NCBI RefSeq assembly: GCF_009914755.1
Contig: NC_060941.1
Origin: the human T2T-CHM13v2.0 reference genome, Homo sapiens
Length of the DNA stretch: 64,000 bases
Direction: 5' to 3' (one strand)
The translations under genes were made by a program, and so were the position numbers. Shown here piece after piece: positions 1 through 14,300 of the stretch; within the stretch, counting starts at the first letter, position 1, and the number at the start of each line of letters is the position of its first letter. Below the pieces are notes generated by a model. That model was not told the DNA's origin, did no database searches, and worked only from the letters and a program-made list of their open reading frames with translations.

Positions 1-57
1 TGTGCAACAAAAGCGAGACTCAGTCTCAAAACAACAACAACAACAACAACAACAAAA
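1..57 (+). mobile_element. Alu 3' end with (CAA)n tail, cut by window edge
   Basis: gcaacaaaagcgagactcagtctc followed by A-rich (CAA)n tail. Confidence 0.85.
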
Positions 58-184
58 CAGAATTCTATTCTCTAATGGCCTGAATATGGGCATCTACCCT
101 CCCCTCCCCCTTACATAAGGCTGGGTAAACCCTGGCAGGTTTTCTGTTTTGCCTCCTTCCATTAGGGTACCAACCAGCATCATC

Positions 185-262
185 AGTGGGGAAATAGTCT
201 TTGGAATCCATGAACCTAGGTTCAAATCCCAGCTCTTCCCTTCATTAGCTGTGTGACTTCGG
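185..262 (+). mobile_element. MIR fragment
   Basis: ggttcaaatcccagctct...tagctgtgtgactt MIR 5'/core signature. Confidence 0.65.
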
Positions 263-909
263 ACTCCAGACTTCAGACTTCAGACATAGCTCCCCAGATG
301 TATATGAAACTCACTGCCCAGAGTTCAGTCACTGCTGGTTCCTCTCTTCCTCCTGGCAACGCAGCGTTTTCCCAGGCACGAAACCCACTTTTCTTTTGCC
401 ACATTCCAGTCCTGAGGGTTATCTCTGGTCATGTTTATGGGACTTGGGTAATCTTAATCCTCTCCCTCCTAGCCCTCTCTCCCCTTTGCCCTCAATCCAA
501 ATAGACATATGATCAGGTCCTGGCCCCAGGCATAGGATAGATATAAAAGGGACCTTGTATCTGAGACTGGGAGCCCGGAGCTCCTTGGGGAGGATTTCTA
601 CTTCCCACGGCTCACTAATCGGGCTCTGGGAGTCACATGAGGACTCGTGACCCCTGGGCCCAGATGGTCTTTCATCTCACTGCAGACGGGACAAGCTCCT
701 TGGGACAAAGCAGCTTCACACTGCCTGACTCCAGGCAGCCCCACAGCAGGCTCACCTCACTCTGCCTGAAAGCCATCTTCCTGAAAATTTGGGTGATTTG
801 TGAATTCATAAATTCAATCCTTCTTTATTCCTAATGATTATTGTCCTTTCAAGGGACATTTGTCCTTGGCTTATATCCTCCAGATTGTATCTCCTTAAGT
901 TGCAGGGCT

Positions 910-1250
910 CGCTAATGTCTATTGAGTGTTTGTACTATGCTGAGTGGGATTACATGTGAGTTATTTCATTTCATCCTCATAACAATCTTGGGATGTGAGC
1001 ACCGTTTCTATCCTCACTCTAAAGACCATAACCATAGCCAGCATTTATACAGCACTATGTCACGGACATCATTCTCTGTGCTTTATGTTTATCAACTCAC
1101 CCTATCATCACTGCAGTCCTACGGTGTAGATGCCAGTCATCCCCCATTCACTGAGACTGACAGGTTGAGCAAGTGGCACAGGTCACACAACCAGCAAATC
1201 AGAGGCTGGAATTCAAGTCTGGGCAGGATGGCTCCCAAGGCTCCTGACCA
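910..1250 (-). mobile_element. two adjacent MIR fragments
   Basis: tttcatttcatcctcataacaatc and cccattcactgagactgacaggttgagcaagtggcacaggtcacacaacc match antisense MIR. Confidence 0.65.
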
Positions 1251-1919
1251 TTCTGATACACTGCCTCCTGTTTTTCCCATAGCATTTCCAGGGATGTCCT
1301 AGAAATGGCAAGGGAAGTCCCACTTGCCATTTCAGAAGCCATGGCTACCATTACAAATCAATAGGGTGTGAGCCAGACAAGGCCTGGCTCAGTCACATAG
1401 TTTCCTGAGGCGCTGAAGGACAGACCACACTGATTGATTTCTCGGCTGGGTCTTTAAATGTCAGTGTGTGCGTGACCACATCAGACCTTGGGTACAGAAA
1501 TAAAATGCAGAAGGAAAGGACATTCTAGTGCGTGGGATGAGAGGGAAGCAGGGCAGGAGAAGAGCAACAGCCTGGAGCACACGTGTGCAGGCTGGGTGGG
1601 CTTCCTGGGCTGGCGGAAGGGGCCCCATGTACCCAGTGGGGGATGGGAGTGGGGTGAGACCTACACCCTTGACCTTGGACTCCTGTGAAGCTGTTTATGG
1701 CCTGACACCAACCCTGGAGAGATGGGTCTTAACCTGATTTAGCTCCCTTATCAGTATTGATTGGCCACTGTTAGGCGCTGCTCATTTGGGCCAGCCTGAC
1801 TGCCTGAGCACAGATCAACATCCCCAGCGCAGCATGGCAGGGCAAAGGCAGTGCCCTCCTTCCCACCCCCCAGAATTCACCCAGGCCCCCACTGCACACT
1901 TCTCTGGGCCTGCCCAGTT

Positions 1920-2345
1920 CAGTCATTCACTGTTCTAGGATCGGAGGGGACAGGCACACGTGATGGAGACAGAGCAACCTGCCTACTCCCATGCAGCCCG
2001 GAAGGGGAGACTGACAGGGTAAGGAAGCCAACAGAAATAGACTCAAGACAAATCTCAGATGTGTTGTGTGCAGGAAAGGAAGAAAATGAGGTAATGTGGG
2101 AGAACCCGTAGGGAGGGGACAAGGGAAAGGGGAAGATAGTCCAGGAGAGCCTCTCCAAGGATGTGAGTTTCTAGCAGAATTCTGAGTGATGGGAAAAGGG
2201 AGCATTCTGAGAATTGAAGAAAGAGCTCTCCAGGCAGGGGGCACAGCAGAGGCAAAGGACCAGTGGCAGAAGCAGCCTTGGCCTTTCAGACATTGAGTAC
2301 AGGGAGCAGCAGAGTGGTGGGTGGTGAGAGGAGAGAGGAAGGTGG
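1920..2345 (-). mobile_element. L2 3' region fragment
   Basis: purine-rich antisense L2 pattern (gcctctccaaggatgtgagttt...ccaggcagggggcacagcagaggcaaagg). Confidence 0.6.
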
Positions 2346-2496
2346 GGACCAGATGGACCCCCAACCCCTGCCACCCTGTCCCTGTAGGATGGTTCCTTTA
2401 TAAGCAGCCCAGGTTCATCATTAGGACTTGACATTGGTCCACCTCTTTTTCCCCCTCCCACCCACATCCCTGGACATAGCTTTCGGTTAGCCCCTA

Positions 2497-2831
<335 letters not shown>

Positions 2832-3359
2832 GATTCCAGAGAGAAGACCCTTACCCAGTCATGCCAAATCCAATATGAGAGGTTAAGGAAGGACCCCAGG
2901 GACCACCCAATCCCACCATCTGCCTCCTCTAGTTCTAGCTCATATCACATCCCAGCTGACCACTCACTCATACACGTCTGCCCTGGGCTCCATCTCTGGG
3001 CCTCTGCTCCTGCTGGTCCAACATTGATTGGCAATGTCCTTACCCCACATCTCCATGTCGGGAAATCCCTGTCATTTGCCAGCATAAATGATTCCAAATT
3101 CTTGAGGGCTTTCCTGACTCCCAGTCACATTCAATCGCAGGTTTGACTTGTTTTAATGCTCCTCAGGCATTTGTTTGAACATCCCTTTGATCTTTCATTT
3201 CCTTTTGTCCTACAATGTAGTTTTCTGAATACCCGTCTCTCCCATCATACCACAAAGTCTGTGGAGAGCAAGAATTCAAATGCTGGTTCTGCCATGTCCT
3301 GGCTATGAGGTTTTGACAAGGCACTTCACCTTTCCAGATCTTAACTTCCTTTGATTCCC

Positions 3360-3960
3360 ACAGAACTGACCCTGAAACCAGGACATGATATCTGAAGTTT
3401 ATTGGGAGGTGATTCCAGGAAGTGCTGGCAGGCAAAGTATGAGATGAGACAGGAGCAGGAAAGAACCCCTAATAGGGAGTATTATTCATCAAGTCACCAC
3501 ACTGTGCTATTGAAGTTCAATACTGCTGGGTAACTTTGGGGGACTGCAGAATACCGTTTCCTAACCCGGCTGAACGTTGCACTCATCAGGGAGATTTAAA
3601 AAATATGAATGCCTGAGTTCTATCCACAGAGATTCTGACTTAATTGGTCTGGGATATAGGCTGGGCACCAGTATTTTTTTTTACACCCCCAGGTGATCAA
3701 ATGTGCAGGAAAGTTTGAAATCACTGGTGTAGAATACATCTCAAAGCTGTCCCAGTCAAGAGGTGAAAAACCAGGGTGTTTATCCACCAACTCTCATCCA
3801 TCTTTGGTTGAGGATGTTTCCAGCGTATTCTGTGAGTGTCCTCGAATGCTACCTTGACCAGAAAACAAAAAGCAAAACAAAACAAAAAACCCATAGATGT
3901 TTGCAGTAAGCAGCCTGGGGTATATGAGGGCGAATATGGGAAGTGTGTTAGTGTCTGCTA
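3360..3960. mobile_element. ancient ERVL-class solo LTR (LTR16/LTR33/LTR41-like), split by MER5A
   Basis: gaagtttattgggaggtgattccaggaag before the MER5 and gggtgtttatccaccaactctcatcc after it; subfamily and strand uncertain. Confidence 0.5.
3550..3726. mobile_element. MER5A (hAT-Charlie MITE)
   Basis: cagagattctgacttaattggtctgg ... ccccaggtgat ... tttgaaatcactg terminal repeat. Confidence 0.75.
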
Positions 3961-4284
3961 TATCCTTCATCTCTAAGATGGGGGTAATAAATTTGTGAAT
4001 TTTTGCAAGGATTAGCAAATGTCGGCTAAGTGTCTGGCAGGCACACAATAGGCAGTTACTAAATGTTGTTATTCTGGTTTTTGCTGTGGGTTACTGCTGT
4101 ATTCCCTTAAGCACCCAACCGGGGGCTTTGTGCCTAGTGGATGCCCAGCAAGTATCAGTCATTCTCTAAGTGCTCCTCTAAAACAACAATGCTGGAAACC
4201 TGAAATCAGTGGGGCTGACAAGACACATCACTCAATCCTGTAGTTCTTGAGACTCTGAAACCATGTGTTTCCCTAAGTGATCTG

Positions 4285-4460
4285 ATATTTTTAACCTTGG
4301 CTGCACACTGGAATCACCTGAGGACTTGAAAAGAAAATACAAACGCCTGGGTCCCACCCCCAGGGATTCCTGATTTAATTGGTCTGGAGCTAGGTCTGGG
4401 CATTTCGGATTTGTAACAGTTCCCCTGGAGATTTTAATGTTGTAGACTTCATGATTAACC
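4285..4460. mobile_element. MER5A
   Basis: aaccttggctgcacactggaatcacctg ... gattcctgatttaattggtctgg. Confidence 0.75.
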
Positions 4461-4996
4461 AAGGGTGGAGGGATGGGTGGGGGGTTAGGAAATGAGCAGG
4501 GAAAGGATAGTTGCATAATTCTTCCCTCTGTTCCATCCCAATCCTCCTCCCATCCCTCCGCTGTGTCTCAGGGCTTCAGAAACTCATTTCTAGCAAAGTG
4601 GCTGGAGGCCCTCACAGGCATAACCCCTGCTGCTCCCCGTTCCACAGGGCAGCCACAAACCACCATGCAGGCACCTTCTTGCTCGTCTGACATGTGTCCT
4701 CCTCCACATCCTGCTTGCCCGGCCCTAGCACCCACACTGGCTCACTCTGCAGACCCTCACTGAGTGTCTCCCACACATCAGACACTAGGTGAGGCACAGG
4801 GACACAGGGATGCTGCAATCCTTACAGTTCCTGCTCTGAGAGGAGAATAATGCACAGAAACCTACATGTTCAGGGCTCCAGTGGAAGTCTGCATCCTTGC
4901 TGTGAAGCAGGGGAGGAAAATCATGTTCTCCTGGGCAAGAAGGAGAGTGCCTGGAAAGGTTTTCTAGAAGAGCCTCACTGAGATAGGTAGAAATAA

Positions 4997-5302
<306 letters not shown>

Positions 5303-5410
5303 AACATCCCTTTTTTATAGATGAGAAATTTAAGTCACCAGGGAGAGAGGCTGATGTCAGAGCCTTTGTGAAGTTCCAGGCAGGGTGCTGGGCACTCTAC
5401 CCATATCATT

Positions 5411-5625
5411 AATAACAATAATAATAGCTTGTTCATTTACTGTGTGCCAGGGCCCTTCCAAGTGCTGGTTGAACCCTCACAACACTCCTAGGAAGCAGAT
5501 GCAATTATGAATATTTCCCCATTGCACAGATGAGGAAACCGAGGCTTGAGGAGGTGAAGTGACTTGCCCAACATCACACAGGAGTAGTGGAGCCAGAATT
5601 GTAGCCCAGGCTGTTTGGCTGCTGA
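5411..5625 (-). mobile_element. MIR
   Basis: cccattgcacagatgaggaaaccgaggcttgaggaggtgaagtgacttgcccaac core. Confidence 0.8.
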
Positions 5626-6939
5626 ACCTCTTCCCTTGACCTTGACATTGACAGCCTCCCATCATTCTGCTCATTCTCATAATCCAATGAATGAAGGAGG
5701 CATTAGAAACGTGCTGTTTACAATCAAAGACAATAAAGATCAGCGAGGCCACAGCCACACAGAGGGCAAGCTACAGGCAGTGAGTCCAGTCCTGGCCTGC
5801 CTGATTCTGCAAGCCCTCCTTGGTGCTTTGCTCCCATGGTCCAGCTTCCCTTCCATGCCTCCACTCTGTTTGTGTAGCTGCAGGTTCTCCCAAGTATTTC
5901 CTCCCCAACTGAAGACCAGGCCCAAGGAGCAGACCCTGCCAGCCGTCAGCTGAGCCTTGCCGGGTCTGGGCTACAGTGGGGCCTCCTTTCCCACAGGCCC
6001 CTACAGGAACTCCCACAGTCATCAAGTAGGGGCCCACTCAGCGTAGAACTGACATCGCCAGCCCCACAAGGCTGGTGCCTATTGGCAGGGCCCAAGGATG
6101 GCTTGATGTTTCTGCTGGGGTGTCTTGCCGTGTCCCCGTTTTCATCATATTTTTAACCGGGGGTGTGGGGGCGCCAGGAAGTCTGTGATTTGCTGGGGTG
6201 AGCACAGCCCGGCCTGTATCCAGCATCCAACATCTCCTTGGTACCCAGCTGGGCAGATACATCAGGACTCTACCCTCTCTCCCCTCCCTGAGCCTTGTCC
6301 CTTTGAGAAAGCCCAGGAAGGCAGCTCTGCACGCTGAGAAAACACTTGCTAACCTAAGGGCTTGTAATGAACCAAATTCTGCTGAATTAATTGGATGTCG
6401 CTAGCAGTGTCAGGAAGGGGGTTGGGGAGCAGTGGCATCCACCAAGCCTGGGGATGGGAAAGGCGGGGGCAGGACAGCCCACAACACAAAATACTTCTGC
6501 ACAGCTTGTGCAAGAGAAGAATTCCTCATTGTCAGCTCTTGCCAAAATAGCCAAGGCACCCACTCTCGCCTCAGACAGCACCTCTTTTCTGAAACTGGAC
6601 TCCCAGCCTGCAGCTTTGAACTTGGGCCTCCAGGTGCATCTGTTCTTGTTCACAGGAGCCATAGCACAGCCTTGATGATAAGAATGAGCCTGAACCAGCC
6701 CCCACCGAGCTTCAGGGTCAAATTACAAAGGCATCGGGAGGCTCTATCTCTTGGCTGTACATCCAACTTCCTGCCTTGATGGAGCAGGCAAGTAAAGAAC
6801 CCCATGCTGGTAATCACATCTAGTTAAGTGTCTGGAGGGACTCAGTGTGTGTGGTCATCAGCTGGTCTCCGCACAGAGGGGGCGCAGAGACAAGAGCAGA
6901 GACAAGAGCAACTGCTGGAGGGACCTGAGCCCAGAAGTC

Positions 6940-7266
<327 letters not shown>

Positions 7267-7594
7267 TAAGTGGGCTGTGTGACCCTGGATAAGTCACTCC
7301 TCTCTCTGAGCCACAGTGTCTTCAACTGAGGGATAAGAGTTGGAATGATCAGTTCATCTTAATCTGTGCATCTCAGACACTGGGAAAAGGCAGGGGTCTT
7401 AAGGGCATTGCTAAGGTTTAGAAACTTTGCATGCACTGTACACTGTGTGTGGGTGAGGAAAAAATAGCTCTCATGCTCACATACACTACTATTTTTCAAA
7501 TGAACATAGAATTGATTGTTTTTAATAAAATAAACATTTGTTTTTAAAGCAGTCACTGAATTCACAGGAATTTTGGTCTTTTTTTTAATGATAC

Positions 7595-7830
7595 TTTATC
7601 TTTTTTATTTTTTATTGTGGCAAAATATACATAACATAAAATTGACCATTTTCACCATTTTTATAAGTGTACAGCTCTGGGGCAGTAAGTACATTGACAT
7701 TGTTGTGCAAGCATCACCACCATCCATCTCTGGGAGCTTTTCATCACCCCAAATGGAAACTCCATACCCATTATACGGTAACTCCCATTCCTTCCTTCCC
7801 CACCCGCCGGCCCTGGTAACCACTAATCAA
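7595..7830 (-). mobile_element. L1MB-type 3' end
   Basis: attgtggcaaaatatacataacataaaattgaccatttt...catcaccccaaatggaaactccatacccatt. Confidence 0.8.
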
Positions 7831-8124
7831 TGTTTTCTCAATCAAAAGACACTAAAAATGCAACAACTCTCTCACACGGGGTCCATGGAATAACTTGATG
7901 TTGAGAAGAAGTCCTACTTCCCAAAAAGGTAAGACATCCCTGACCTAGAGGTGCTAAGCCCCTTCCCGAACTGACATTGAATGATTCTACTTTTCTAATG
8001 GCAGGAAGGAAAAATCAAGCTGTTAATTTTTTTTCCTGGAATGAAGATGAATTTAATTTTTTTTTCCTTTTCATTCAAGATGGGTACCTGGAGGTAGAAT
8101 CTACAAAAAAAACTTGGAAATGTC

Positions 8125-8612
8125 AGAGTTGTGGTTTCCTCTAAGGGGCTGGAAATAGCACGAAGAGGCTTGTAGGGAGCAGGAATGTTCTAGATCTTGA
8201 TCTTCCAGTGGTCACATGGTATGTTCCTATGGAAAAAATTATCAAGCTGGCTAGGTGCAGTGGCTGTGCCTGTAATCCCAGCACTTTAGGAGGCCAAGGC
8301 AGGAAGATTGCTTGAGCCCAGGAGTTCAAGACCAGCCTGGGCAACATAGTGAGACCCTGTCTCTATAAAAACTTTAAAAATTAGCTGAGTATGGTGGCCC
8401 ACACCTGTAGTCCTAGCTACTCAGGAGGCTGAGGTGAGCAGATCACTGTGAACCCAGGAGTTAGAGGCTTCAGTAAGCTACGATCGCACCATTGTACTCC
8501 AGCCTGGGTGATAGAGTGAGACCCTGTCTCTTAAAAAAAAAAAAAGAAAAGAAAAATTATCCAGCTGTTTACTTCAGATTTATGCACTTTGTTGGATGCA
8601 TATTATACCTGC
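8125..8612 (+). mobile_element. L1ME-type 3' end split by Alu
   Basis: ggaatgttctagatcttgatct...aaaaattatcaagct | gtttacttcagatttatgcacttt. Confidence 0.6.
8249..8550 (+). mobile_element. AluJ
   Basis: dimeric Alu; TSD aaaaattatcaagct / aaaaattatccagct. Confidence 0.92.
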
Positions 8613-9198
8613 TGTGACACCATTTTTTAAGTGGAGTGAGTCATTCAGTTCAAATGGGTGCAGATAACAACATCACAGTCAGGGAAGGGTCTCACCTTTC
8701 CCCTGCCAGTTTGTTATGTAAAGCAAGGCAGAATCTGTTCTGTCCTGAAATAAGGCCAGGTAATGCACCATTTGTTTATTCATTTGTTTAAGAAAACATG
8801 TGGAATGTCTTCTATGAGCCAGGTCCTATGCAATGCCCTGGGAATAGAGAGAAGGTCCCGGACCTCACAGAGCTGTATCAGCCGTCACTCTCACTCATCC
8901 ACCTACAACATGCATGGTCAAGTTCATTTTCACCTCACCTAAACAAGTCCTGCTGAAATCTAAGCTCATTTCCTGTCGCTACTTTCTCAGCAGAGGTCAT
9001 CTTAAAGACTCTGAGATCATACTGTGAAACTCCGGCCAGATGATCATTAGCAGGGAGTAATCCTCTTTGTCTGGCAAAACCACCTCGATTCTTTTATATA
9101 CCTGCCCATCTTCAAACCCTCTGGTCAGTGTTGGTTAACACTAACAATGTGCTACTACAATTTACCTGTTTATGTTTCTCTAAGCTAGAACTTCTTGA

Positions 9199-9523
<325 letters not shown>

Positions 9524-9779
9524 TGTATTAATTTTTGTACTAATTATATTTATTGAACATCAAATAGGTGCATAGAACAGTGCCTGGCACATGGTAGGTC
9601 CTCATGAAGTTGACTGAATGAATAAGCAAGTTTATAAGTGAATAAATGGATGGAACAACAATAAGCCCAGAGTAGCTAAATCACAGGCTGAAGGTCACAC
9701 AGCAATGGCTGGACTGGGAGGGACACCTGTCCCCAGACTTAGGCCTGCCCCTCTTCCCTTGGCAGGCAACAGCCACACT

Positions 9780-10370
9780 ATAAAACTTTCCATCTATTCC
9801 TTTGAAGAGGTGGGTTTGATTTATATCAGCCATCAGGCAGCAAAAATATGGGCCTTCAAACTTTTATTGCCTTTTTATTATTCCTGGTGACGCACAGAAA
9901 TATCATCCAAAACATTAGCAATTACTTTGAAGGTGCGTGTTTCAAAGGCTTGGGGATGGGGTGTTTTCTAATTTGATAAGTCAGGGTGTTTTCTGCCAGG
10001 CAGGCCCAGGGGCATCGGCAGGACTGGAGCTGATTCAAAGGCAGAATTGATCTTTCAAGCCTCATTTTCATTTCCATTAGCACCCTATCAGACACCTTAT
10101 CCCTGAGCCAGTTCCTATCCATGTATAATTTATACATTTGATTTCAATAGATTAATCTCTGCCTCTTTCACAGGAGAGTACAGCAGAGACGGTTCTCTCT
10201 CTCGTTTTCCATAGGGAGAGTAATCATATATATTTCCATAGATCTCAATCCGTTTCCACCTAGAGAATTTCTTTTAAGATTAATTCCAAACTCACTGTCA
10301 TATTTATTTAGTTTTTAGGACTGGGTGGAACTGTGGGTACGTGTGATAATTTCTGTTTATGTAGGAGGTG
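9780..10370. promoter_or_regulatory. candidate developmental enhancer (TCF/LEF + PBX-HOX + posterior Hox/CDX motifs)
   Basis: repeat-free; CTTTGAA/TTCAAAG at 9800, 9925, 9941, 10034; TGATTTAT 9817; TTTTATTG 9862; TTTTATTA 9873. Confidence 0.5.
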
Positions 10371-10727
10371 GGCTTATTCCAGGCATACCAGGGAGGAGAC
10401 CAGCCTATCTCCTCCTGGTGCTTAGGAATGGCCATCCACTTTGGGGGTGAAACAGGGATGTAGGGAGAAGACTAAAGCCACCCTCCCCTGGAGCTAGGGT
10501 CAGCGCCCACTGACCTCTGACCCAAGTGTAGCCCTCCATCCCCTGAGCTCCAGGGCTTCTGGAAGAACACCAGAATAGCACAAGACAAAGATAAGATACT
10601 CTTTCCAAAACCTACCACATTTCCACAATCCAAGGCTCTCTTATTTCTCCCTTTCTCCATTTTTCTTCCCAGTGCCCTCTGGATTCCAGAGTCCAATTTT
10701 GGAATCACAGTTTTCAGAACTCTCTTG

Positions 10728-11040
10728 GGCGGGGCACTGTGTGTAGCTCAAACCTGTAATCCCAGCACTCTGGAAGGCTAAGGTGGAAGGATCACTTGAA
10801 CCTAGGAGTTCAGAACCATCCTGGGCAACATAGTGAGACCCCATCTCTACAAAAAAATTTAAAAAATTAGCCAGGCACAGTGGATTGCTTCTGTAGTCCC
10901 AGCTACTCAGGAGGCTGAGGCAGGAGGATTACCTGAGCCCAGGAGTTTAACGCTTCAGTGAGCTATGATGGTGCCACTGCACTCCAGCCTGGGTGACAGA
11001 GTGAGACCCTATCTCAAATAAATAAATAAATTAAAAAATA
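10728..11040 (+). mobile_element. AluJ
   Basis: dimeric Alu with (TAAA)n tail. Confidence 0.9.
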
Positions 11041-11118
11041 TTAAGTACATAACTTTTTAGAAAATACAAATTGCCTATCTGATTTGGTGTAGTTGACAAA
11101 TTAAAAAAAAAAATACAA

Positions 11119-11512
11119 GCCAGGCACAGTGGCTCATGCCCATAACCCCATACTTTGGGAGATTGAGGCAGGGGATCACTTGAAGCCAGGAGTTTAAGAC
11201 CGGTCCGGGCAACAAAGTGAGACCCCCATCTCTATAAAAAAATTTTTTTTAAATTAGCCAGTCACAGTGGCATGCACCTGTAGTCCCAGCTTCTCAGGAG
11301 GCTGAGTCAGGAGGATAGCTTGAGCCCAAGAGTTCAAGGCTGCAGTAAGCTATAATCATGCCACTGTACCACTCCAGCTATTTGGGAGGCTGAGGCAGGA
11401 GGATCATTTATTTGAGCTCAGGAGTTTGAGGCTGCAGTGGGCTATGATGGTATCACTGCACTCCAACCTGGGCAACAGAGCGAGACCCCGTCCCAAAAAA
11501 AGAAGAAAAAAG
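11119..11512 (+). mobile_element. chimeric AluJ with duplicated right arm
   Basis: right arm runs to ccactccagc (11378) then restarts at ccagctatttgggaggctgagg. Confidence 0.85.
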
Positions 11513-11664
11513 AACTACCTTGGCAGTGATTGAACTCCCTCTCCCCATTCCTTATAGCCAAAGCCTCTTCTCAAGAACCCTGTGTTTCTCTGTTTATGGG
11601 CAATTTCACCCCCTGAGAGTCAAGCCACAAGCCTTCCTGCTGGAAGTTCTTCCTGGTTGGGCAG

Positions 11665-12470
<806 letters not shown>

Positions 12471-13482
12471 AGGCATGGTTAGCAGAGCAATTGGAGATAA
12501 AAGTGAGCCTCTGGCAGCTTCCCCCTCTCCAGCTTAAAAGACATCCCACATTTATACAAAATCACATGCAAATGAGTACTGAGAGCCTCAGGTCCTCCCT
12601 CCCTCAGCAAACATTTGGAAAGGAGAAGATGGGAAAGGAAGAGAGACAATATTCATTGCATGCCTGTCATATACCAAGTAGGTGTCTTCTAACCCATTAT
12701 ACAGCTAAAGAAACTGAAGTCCAGGGAAGTTAAGTAACTTAACCAAGCCCATACTGCTAGCAAGTGTGCTGTCTGTGAAGTGGGGCCTGCATAAGTCGCC
12801 CATGGACTGAGACACATGTGGAGGGAAGCGGTGCTCAATAAGTATTAGTGGAATGAATGAAAAAATAAATGAATGCACACCCCCAGTCTTCTCTTTGTAG
12901 CCTTTCTTTTTCCAGTGGCTCAGAGGGAGAACCCACCCAGTTTGCTTTTCTCATGAAGGGCAAGAGGAGGAAGGAGGTGGCTGTTGGCTGAGTCCAAGAC
13001 CCCCTGTTGCTGGGCTCCTGCAGATAGGGTGGCCTTCTCTGCCAGCTGGGAGTTGCCATTCTGTTGTTTCTCTCCAGTCATGGGCTCAGGGCTACCTCCT
13101 CTGGTCTCAGTCCTCTTTCGGGTGCAGCTCCCCGCCTGAGCTTCAGGCCCATCTCAGCCCATCTTTCCTGCATGTGCAGCCTCTGGTGTCAGTTCCTGGG
13201 GCAGAATCAATGCCAGAGTGATTGCCACCACAGAAAGGTAGCCAGGCAGGGCCAGCAGCTCCTTCTTGCACCCTTGTCCTCTCCAAGCACAACTGGGATC
13301 AGAAATAACCTTCTCCCTTGCCAAGGCATTTGAGGAGGACTGCAGGCCCTGCAGCTATAATGTCTTTCTCTTGTTCTTTTTTTTTTTTTTTTAACCCAGC
13401 AAATCATATTTTCCCAGGAAAGAAGGAGAAGAAAGCAAGCATGGAGAGGGGAGGAATTTACACCAACCAAACACCTTCCACA

Positions 13483-13703
13483 TCCCAGGCACTGTTAATG
13501 TGTATTCATTATCTCATTTAATCCTCCTAATAATGCTGTGAGGTACATATTATTATTATCCCTGTTTTACAGATGAGGACACGGAGACTCAGAGAGGGTA
13601 AGACAGTTTCTCAAAGTTACACAGAGTAACTAATGGGAGTTAGGGTGAGGTTTCAAGCCCAGCCGAGCCTGTATGGCTCTAAAGCCAATGCTGTTTTCAC
13701 TAT
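13483..13703 (-). mobile_element. MIR
   Basis: atctcatttaatcctc...ttttacagatgaggacacggagactcagagagg. Confidence 0.8.
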
Positions 13704-14074
13704 AAGCTTTTTCCTTTTTCTCTTTCCTAGGAAGCAGAATCCTCTTGCCCCTGGAGCCTATGGGGCCATCACAGGGCCAGGAGGTAACCTGATCTCCATC
13801 ACCCAAGTATCATGCACGGAGCTGGGGCAAAACTCTGTCAAAGATCACAAACAAATTACTCAGTCAAATGTATCCGAGCCACCTCTGGTTCCTCACTTTT
13901 GTGTACAAGACAATTGAACTTCTGATATTTGGTTCTGGCCCACTCAGCACTTCAGAGCCTTCAGCCGACCATAACCCTGCCTCCCAGAGCTTAGATCAAG
14001 CCAAATAAGGAGCTCTACTCCTTTCCCATATATCTGACCTAGCCCATCACTGAATTCCATTTCTGCTAAATACC

Positions 14075-14300
14075 GTGATAGCACAGTGGGTCAGCACCCA
14101 AGTTCTGGAGCTACACTACCTGGGTTCAAATTCTGGTTCTTAATACTAATAGGACCTCTAGCAAGTTATTCGACCTGTGCCTTGGCTTAGTTTTCCCACG
14201 TGCAAAATGGGGTTAATAAAAACACCCAACAAATAAAGTTGCAAGGACTCAGTGAATTAGTACGCAGAAGGGCTCATCATATTGTAAGTTGGCTATTGGT
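14075..14300 (+). mobile_element. MIR
   Basis: ctgggttcaaattctggttct...ttagttttcccacgtgcaaaatggggttaata. Confidence 0.7.

Noticed and set aside
542-549. Consensus TATA box TATAAAAG
   Set aside because: No CpG island, clear initiator or downstream exon support; expected by chance
6870-6888. CTCF-like AGGGGGCGC
   Set aside because: Only the 3' half of the motif matches; the 5' CCAS positions do not
13350-13400. Strong-looking splice acceptor (long T tract + CCCAG)
   Set aside because: No convincing paired donor or reading frame; poly-T tracts are common
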